DNA of 64,000 nucleotides from Planctomycetota bacterium (GTDB lineage Bacteria > Planctomycetota > Planctomycetia > Pirellulales > Lacipirellulaceae), in the NCBI GenBank assembly GCA_013286045.1, contig JABDGM010000011.1:1944-65943 (forward strand), given 5' to 3'. The notes beneath the pieces are model-generated. The model saw only the letters and a list, made by a program, of their open reading frames with translations. It was not told the DNA's origin and made no database searches. Numbering within the stretch: position 1 is the first letter of the stretch; every line of letters begins with the position of its first letter. The translations under genes were made by a program, and so were the position numbers. Positions 36,129 through 45,100 of this stretch are shown here, one piece after another.

Positions 36129-39100
36129 ATGCTTCGATTGATTCCAGGATGGGCGCAACTTTGCGAACAGTCGTCGCGGCGCCGCGCCAAGAAAGTGCGC
36201 CTCCCGCGCGATCGGCGTGCACGGCGCGCCGCGTTCGAGGAGTTGGAGTGCCGGCGGCTGTTGGCGGCCGATTTTACAGGCGTAGCAACGAACCTCCAAA
36301 GCGCTCTTGAAGTGGTGCAGAGCCAGGTCACCGTGGCGCTGGATGCAGCTCAGACCGGGAGTCAATCGCATATCCCGATCGTTGGCGACAAACTGGGGCA
36401 AGCCGCGCAATTCGTATCGAAATTCAACGACGGCTTGACTCAAGCCATTCACGATTTGAACCAGATCACGAATCCGACCGACACACAAATTAAACAAGCG
36501 ATACTAAACACCCCATTCATCGCCGACCGTAGCGGAAATGGTTCAGTTGGAATTGAAGACGTAGTGCTTACGCACCTTGCCAACTTCGGCAGCGGCGGAA
36601 CAGAAATCGAATTCACCCTTCTTGCTAGCGCAACGCCCGTCAATCAGTCGTTGAATTTCGATACCGGGTTGCCGGGTCTGCCGGTAAAGATCAGTACGAC
36701 CGGCGCACTCGATCTTAGTGTCGGTTTCGCGTATGAGGTGGCATTCAAATACAATGACGCGAATACCGTTGCGCTCGATTCGAACGTCCGCTTGCCGAAT
36801 ACGATCACGGCACCTGACGGCAATCATCCTTATGTCAGCGGCAACCATCCTCTGGCGCTGTTTATCACGGCGGCCCTCTCGTCGAACTTCCACGCCGACG
36901 CTCGCTTCGGATTTATCGAAGGAACAGCGACACTGGTTCCGAGTATGCCGAACGGCCTGTACGTGACCGCGCTGGTGAGCGACCTGACCACGTCCCCAAC
37001 GGTTGCGATCGATGGCACGGCGGGCGCGAATCTGCACCTTGCCGGGTCATTCGCCGGCACGGACAACGATTTTCCGGGCATCAGCACCGACTTCCATTTG
37101 AATTGGACGTTATCAAGCACGAGCGGCGTAAGCCCGCCGACTGTTTCATTCGATAACGTGGCGCTGGATTTGGGCAAGTTTGTCACAAATATCGTCAAAC
37201 CATTTTTTCAAGATGTTCAGCAAGCGACCAATGGACTGAAACCGGTGCTCGACATCCTAGGCTATCCGCTGCCCGGGCTCTCGGACATGAGCCATTTGCT
37301 GGGAGGTGGCGACATCACGCTGCTCACATTGGCAGGCGCGGGATCGGAACTAACTGGCAACGGTCCCCTTTTCGATTTGGTTCAGAAAGCAATCGAAATC
37401 GTAAAGCTGATCGACAATACAACCTTGCAAAATGACAACATTTCGATGCCGCTTGGCGGGTTCGATTTGGATGGCAACGATTTGCTTTCTGCATCGCCAG
37501 CGCTCGATATATCGGATTTGGATGCGGCCGATCTCACCAACCTGTCTCCCAGCGCCGTTCACAAAGCCGCCCTCGGACTTACCGATTTCGTCCACAGCTT
37601 GGGGTTGGGCGACGCCGTAAACAGCTTGTTCGACAGCATGACGGCTGGCAAGACGAACGGCTTCGACATCGAGTTCCCCATACTCGACCACCCAGAACAG
37701 GTTGTGTTCAGCATGATTCTGGGACAGGACGCGGACATGTTCTCGTTGGAGGCCGACGCCGATATCACCTCCCACGCCGAGTCGGCCAGCGGACTGTCTA
37801 TTTTCGGCATGCCGATCATCTACAGTGGCGATGTCCATTTTCAAACGCATTTCAAAATTGCCTACGATACTTACGGCCTGCGCGAGCTAATCAACGGTCT
37901 TGCTAACGGCCACCTCAGTGCTGGCAATGTCTTTTCGGATGTCACCGACGGGTTCTATATTTCCGACGATTCGTATTTCAACCTTAGCGGCGATATCAAG
38001 GCTGGCGCTGGACTTTCGTTAGGAATATTCGATTTCGATGTTTCCGGAGACGTGGGGACCGGCGACTTTGGAACCACGCCGGTTAGCATCACTTTCGACA
38101 CCACCCCGACAGGCAAAGTACGTTTCGCCAATGTTGACTCGACCATTCATCGGACCGGTGAACTCGACGCGGACCTCGGCATTGAAGTCGATATCGGCAA
38201 GGAAATCCTCGGGCATTTCTTTGGCGTTCGCAAACGGTTTAATCTAGATCACGAAGTGTTGATTTACTTCGGCTCGAACGATCCCCCCATCCTAGCCTCA
38301 CAGCCCGACGCGAATGGAAATGTGCTCTTGTATCTCGGCGAGAATGCTACGCTGCGTCATGGGTATGGGCTCGATAACCCGGTCGATGGCGACGAGTCAT
38401 TCATTGTCCGACACCTGGCGACCAACCTCGACGGTTCGGAAAACATCAAGGTCTATGCCTTTGGAGTATCCGAGGAAATCGACAATGTGCGGAGCATCTC
38501 CGCCTTCGACAATTTAGGGAACTTGACAATCACCGTAACGCCCGGTGTCACCTCCAACGTGCATTTCGTAGGTGGGCAGGGTTCCGCGAACTTGACGTAC
38601 ATGGGAAGTGGCACGGCCGAATTGTATGCTGGCGCGCTCGCGAGTGTTTTGACGGGCGGCAGCGGAATGAACGTCTTGGTCGGCGGACCCATGGACGACG
38701 AAATTACAGGCGGCAGCAGTTCCAATGAGTTGGACGGCGGCGACGGCAACGACACAATCACCCTCGGTAGTGGATCCAATAATGTCTCCGGCGGCAGCGG
38801 CCACAACATAATCATCATTCCCACTCCGATTCTGCAAAACGCCACGGTGGTCGGCGGTACCAATCCGAACAATTCGCTGCAAATCCTTGGCAGCACCGAT
38901 ACGGTTGCGATCAGTGCCGAGCCTTCCAACGGGGCGATCGACGTCGGCATCCAGAACACGTTCGCCAACCCCGTCGTCCACGTGATTGTGAGCGCTATCG
39001 GCGACGTGTTCATCAATGGCCAAGATAGCGCCACGAACTTCACGATTGGTGATCTATCGGCCGTCGGCGTTCACCAGTTATCAATGAGCATTGTGGCGTC

Positions 39101-42100
39101 GTTTACGACTGCTCGCACGATCGATCTCGACACGAGAATCAACGATCAGGCGTCGTCGGTGGGGATCCATGACCTCCTGAACCAATACGACGATCCGCAG
39201 CATCCAGGACAAACGATTACCGAGCACGGCGCGACGATCGTCAACAGCACCACGGGTCTCACTACTCAATTGCTAGGTTTCGCCGGCGACGACACGCTAA
39301 CGTTCCATCATCACGGCGGGTCCATTGCGGTCGATGCTCTCGGTTTTACGAGCGGCAACTTCGTGTTTGATACTGCAGAGCGCTCCCCGGGCCAGGCGGA
39401 TTCAATCACGATCACAACTCCCTCTCGCGACAACGGCATCACGCTCGCGATGACCAGCAGCGGCAACGACGTGTTGATCACCACGATGAGTTACACCAGT
39501 TTCCGCGTCGAAGGGGATACAACGCTCGATAGCCTCGACCTGGAAGTATCGGCCGCCACCAGCGGCGCCAACACGCTCACCTTCGATGCGTCGACCGTGA
39601 AAGGCGCATTTACGGTTCACGCACTGGCCGACGCAACGGCCATCGATCGTATGACGCTGAGCCAGGTCGGTCAGTTGACCGTCGCTTCGATTTTCGGGCA
39701 AGCCTCGACGACTGACCTGCTGCTTGCCACCGGCCAACTAGCGCTCATCGAGCACGATGTGACCGTTTCAAACGTTCAACTTAAGATCAACAACTCTTCT
39801 GAGGCCGCGGGCGGCTACTTCGAGCTCACGGCGAGCACATTTGGAAATTGGCTGATTCCAGCGCTCGGAATTGCGCCCCGCTTGAACTTCAGCGGGCTGC
39901 GATCCGATATGGAAATCTTCGCCGCCGCCGGCGATCGGTTTCAATTGGATATCACGCCGCCCAGCATCACAAGCTTGACGATACACAACGCGTCGAAGGT
40001 AGTGCAGGATCTCGTGTACACTGCGAATTGGGCGGTGCCGCTGGCGTTGATTGGAAACTTCGCATTCTTCGCTGGCCAGACTCTGAGCTCAGACGGTACC
40101 GTCAACCGCATAAAGCGGCTGATCAACGTCCACTCGGCCGTCACGCTTGAATTCGTGGGTGATGCGCCATCGCAAGTCGTGTTGGATGGCGACGCCGATG
40201 CTCCGGGCGCTCAGTACACCCTCCAAAAGAACACGATCACGAATTCGACAGTCGGATTGAGCGTCGCGATCAAGGGATATCGCTCCGTTGATACGCTCTA
40301 TGTGTACATGCCCGGTGCGAATATGGTCGCCGATCTGCCGACCACGAGTATTGGGCAGATTTATTTCGACGGCCAGGCGCGGCTAAGCGGCACAAACCCG
40401 GCCGCTCCCAACACCATTACAATCCACGGTCGCTATGGCAGTGCTCAACTCACGCCACTAAGCACATACAACTCGCTTCTGGCCAATGGCAACAACGTCT
40501 ATCTGCTGGGCTCAATGCCGCAGGATTCGTTAGCCGTCGACGTACCGACGAACGTGCTGATCACCGCGGGGATGCCGACCCAACTCGATTTGGATCAAAA
40601 TCCGGACGCTTACGCCACAGTTACGTCATCCCTGTACGGAAGTACGCTCATCGGGTGGAAATCCGGCGCCAGGCCTACCGATAACGGTGGGTTCTTTGTC
40701 TTCCCGAACGTCGATGACGACCAATGGTCGTCGGTTTTCGCTCCGGGGCCTGGGAATGGCACCCCGCCCAATCCGTTCGAGGACCAACCCTATGGCATCG
40801 AGATGCCATCTACGGACTCGCAACTCACGGTTATCTACCACACTTGGGAAAACATCAACGGGGTTCGGACCCTAGTTGACCAGGTGCCCATCGTCGGAAC
40901 CGCTCGCTTCTGGACGGTCAACCCGAATCCTGTCGCCGTCGATAACAACGTGCAGTTGAACGCCTCGCAAGTGCGAGGCACGTTCAATTTCAACGTGACC
41001 GGTCCCGATTACGACTATATCCGGCAGCTCGAGACCGGGATGTTTTCGGCGACCGAGCTATCCGTCAGTTACACGGCTCCGTTCTACGTCTGGGGAAACC
41101 ACTACGACGACATGCGCATCGCCTTTGGGCAGAGCAATATCACGCTGACTGATGTCAATCCGCAGCTCTCGGTCGCCATCAACAGCGGCAACAAAAACTA
41201 TACCTACCCCGGTGGCTCGTTCCAGGGTTCTTTTCCCGATAACGACAGTACGGTCCTTCGCAGCCCATACCCGGTGACCACGCTGAACGTGGGCAATGGA
41301 ACGCTGGCCAGTATCCAGGGCAATGTTTCCGTGCAGAACATGATCGTGAACGTGGACGATTCTGCCGGAACGAATGCCAACAATCTGATTTTGACCTCCA
41401 CGACTCTGGGAACGTGGACAACAACCGGCGGCACGACGAATCCCGTGCTGACGATCGGGTCGCTCGATAGCCGTACCTTTACGGTGATCGCCGGCACGAC
41501 CGACCGACTCGATATCGAAGCTGTACCGTCGACGGCCGGCTTGACGTCCATTCAAACTGCCAACAACAGCACTTCGCCGGTGGATGCGTATCTGATGGGG
41601 CGGGCGCAAGCGAGTCACTTCCAAGCGGTCGGCAATATCAACTTGCACATCGGCGATCGACTTAACGCGAATGGATCGGTCACACTCGCCGGGCAAGTGA
41701 GCGGCACGTGGGCGACCGATTCGACGAGCGTGCCGATTAACTATCAATATACCGGAACAAACGGGCATGGCTTGTTGGTATACGACGCCGCGAATACGAG
41801 CGCGGGACTTGCCGAAATGGCAATCGGCCCGGTCACCGGCGACACTACGAAGCAGCAGTTAGTCTTCAATAACAGCAAGACCAGCGTCATCTACGGCGCC
41901 AGTACGGATGTCAGCTACTACGAGCCGGTATTCGGCGTGAGCAATATTTTTAACCTAATCGACAACCGCCTCAATGGCGCCGTTCACTATTATGCGAACG
42001 CGTCGGGGCCGTTCAGCAGAGTGAATGTCCAGGCGGCATTCGGACCGGTTGAAGTCGACGGCCGGGGCGTCAATACCGACGTGGAAATATCACCGGCAAG

Positions 42101-45100
42101 CTTTGGCGTGCTCGGGCTGGGCACGTCACCCGTCGGCAACGACTTGAGTACTACGATTCTGGCGCCGGTCACCGTTACGCATGCCACGCTGGCGATTCGT
42201 CCCGATACGTTGTCCACACCCGCCCCGTCGCAGCCGAAAAATGTCGTCATCGGCACCAGCCAGATTACAGGAATCGCCGGCGCTGCGATTCAATACTCGA
42301 ATCTCGTCGATACGGTCACATTCGATACAATTCCGGGACTAATGGTACAAATGCCCCGCTTTGCAGCCAATCTTACGGTCGCCGGAACGCTGGCCGGTGT
42401 CACCACAGGAGTTTCCGTCATCGGCCAGTCGATGCTTAGCACGCAAGTCACTGGCACTTCAGGGCGGCTCGCCTTGGGCACTTTTGATGAAAACGGGACG
42501 TACTTTTTCGTGGATGGCGGACAAGAATTCAACTACACAACCCAATCGCTGACAATCGGCAACGGCAGCGTTCAGAACGTTCACGGCGATGTATTGGTTG
42601 GCGGAACCGGTCACTTTTCTACTTTGAGTGGCATGGTTATCGATGATCGAAACGACACCGCGGGCCGCACCGCAACGTTCAACACCACGTCGCTGACCAA
42701 CAGCAATGCACCTACGCTTGCAGGTCTGGCCTCGGGCAACATCGCCATGCGGCAAGTCTCGGGCGGGCTCACAGTTTATAGCGCTGCCGGCAGCCATTGG
42801 ACGCTGCAAGGCATTGATTCACTCGGTCCCGCGACGATGTACGCCGGCGTGGGAACGATTGTCGACTTAGCCGGCCCGCCGGGAAACTTCAGCAATTCGG
42901 CCGTCATTCCACGATGGACGGTTTACGGCGCCGGTACGGTTCGATTGAACCCGGGCGCGGTTCCGAAAGTTAACTCCTTGCAGTTCCCAATCATCAAAGC
43001 CGATCCCGCGCGGCCCGCCGATATCACTCAGTTGATCGTCGATCACACAAACGTCCAAGCGGTATTCTTTGACGACAACTCAGTGCCCAGCGGCGTCAAC
43101 AACTTTATCCAAGTGTTGGACAAATCGAGCGACGGCCTAGGTCGTGTATCGCTCGGCAATTCGACCGATTTGCAAACAGAAGTCGAGTTTGCGCCGACTA
43201 CAACGCAGTTGACGGTGACCGGCGACCATAGCAATACACCGCAAATCAACATTCTTGATACGGTCGCTTTGTCGACCACGATCAATCCGAACTTCAACCA
43301 GGTCAACGTGCTTGGCACCACGGCACCACTCGATATCACGCAATCTGCCCTGCGATTCTCAGGGGATGCCGCCAACGTAATCCTCGGCAATAGCAACAGC
43401 ATGCAGGCGTTGCACGGCGATATCACGCTCGATGGCAGCAACGCGACGCTTCCGACGATGCCCGCCATGTTAAGCTTCGCTGCCGACAGCACGAACCACG
43501 TGGTGACGTTTGCGAATCCGTCCTCCGGTCACGTTGACATTACGGGACTCGCTCCCGCGGCAATTCACGTCGTGGGCACCTTAGTCGCGCCGTCGATAAC
43601 GGCTGGCTCGGGCAACAATACGCTCGTCGGCGGCAATGCCGCGAACTCGTGGATTATCAATGCAGCAAACGGCGGCACGCTCAACAGCCTCTTCAAGTTC
43701 GCCGGCTTCCGCAATCTAACCGGCGGCATGGGCGCCGATACGTTCCGCTTCACCCCGGCCGGTTCGATTACCGGTAATTTAGATGGGGGCCCCGGTATCG
43801 ATAGCCTCACATACGATAATCTATCGACGTGGCACACGTTGTCATACAACTTGGCACAAGGCATCGCGCCGCTCGTCGGCGGCACGGCCAGCAATCTCGA
43901 AATCGTTCCCATCGACCATGGATCTGGCAGCAACCAAACTAGTTTCATAAATGATGTCGTCTCCTATTCGCCGCTGTCGATTTTCGGCGGCTTGGGCGCC
44001 TTTACGTACAGCGCGACGGGGCTGCCAACCGGGCTTAGCATTGATGCGCATACGGGTGCAATTACTGGAACGATCGCGACCCAACTAAGCGGCGACCACG
44101 CTGTTCACGTGTCTGCAACGGATGGCTACAACTCTGCCGCCACGGATTTCACGTGGACAATTCAAACATTCTCGCTCATTAATCCGGGCACTATTCGCTC
44201 CCACGCCGGTGACGTAGTCAGCTTGCCAATCCAAGTCCAGGGGAGCGCAGCTGGCCTAACGTTTTCAGCAACTAGTTTGCCGGACGGACTCTCGATCGAT
44301 CCCGCGACAGGTTTAATCAGCGGCACACTCACGCCACAAGCGGCCGAGGCTGAGTCTTACGGTACAATCGTGTCCGCCACCGACGGAGGAAGCGTTCAAT
44401 CGGTCTCGTTCGTGTGGCTAGTCCCATCGTTCGCACTCCAAAACCCGGGTGACCTAACAATTCCCGAAGGCGCTCCCCTTCACATTCCTTTGCTCGCCTA
44501 CAATTTGAGCGGCGATTCGTTGGCATACGATGTCGACCTATCAGACAACTTCTACGTCGATTCGCAAGGCATACTACGAGGAAAGTTTGGTTTCTACGGG
44601 GAACCCGTCTCATTCGACGTGACCGTAATGGCGAACGACAACTACGTTACCGATTCAGTCGAGTTCACCATAACGACCGAGCCAGGATTCGACATTTCTG
44701 GAAACGACGATCGACGGACCTCCGATGGCACACCGATCGATACGCAGATTACGGTGTCCAGCCCGTACGGAGACCAACTTTCAGTTGCGGTCTCGGGACT
44801 TCCGCAAGGGCTGACGATTGACGACAACCTGCACATTACCGGAACAATCAGCCGCAGCGCAGTCAGCAGCACGCCGTACCATGTTACCGTGGCTGTCACC
44901 AATGAGACCGTTGGTTACACCTATGATGCTGGCTTCGACTGGACCGTAATACATGTGCCAACGGCAGCGGAGATCAATAATGGTTCGCCCGCTGGTGTGC
45001 CATTCCTCATAACCACCTTCGATCCCGACAGCTTCGCGGCGCTGACTCAATTTCAAGACGTCACGTATGGTTCCGGCGCCACGACTCACACCGTCGTCTA

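Noticed and set aside
35946-36497. 183-aa minus-strand ORF spanning the start of the giant gene.
   Set aside because: It is antisense to the giant ORF's N-terminus, has an Arg-rich nonsense-like translation, and has no partner signals.
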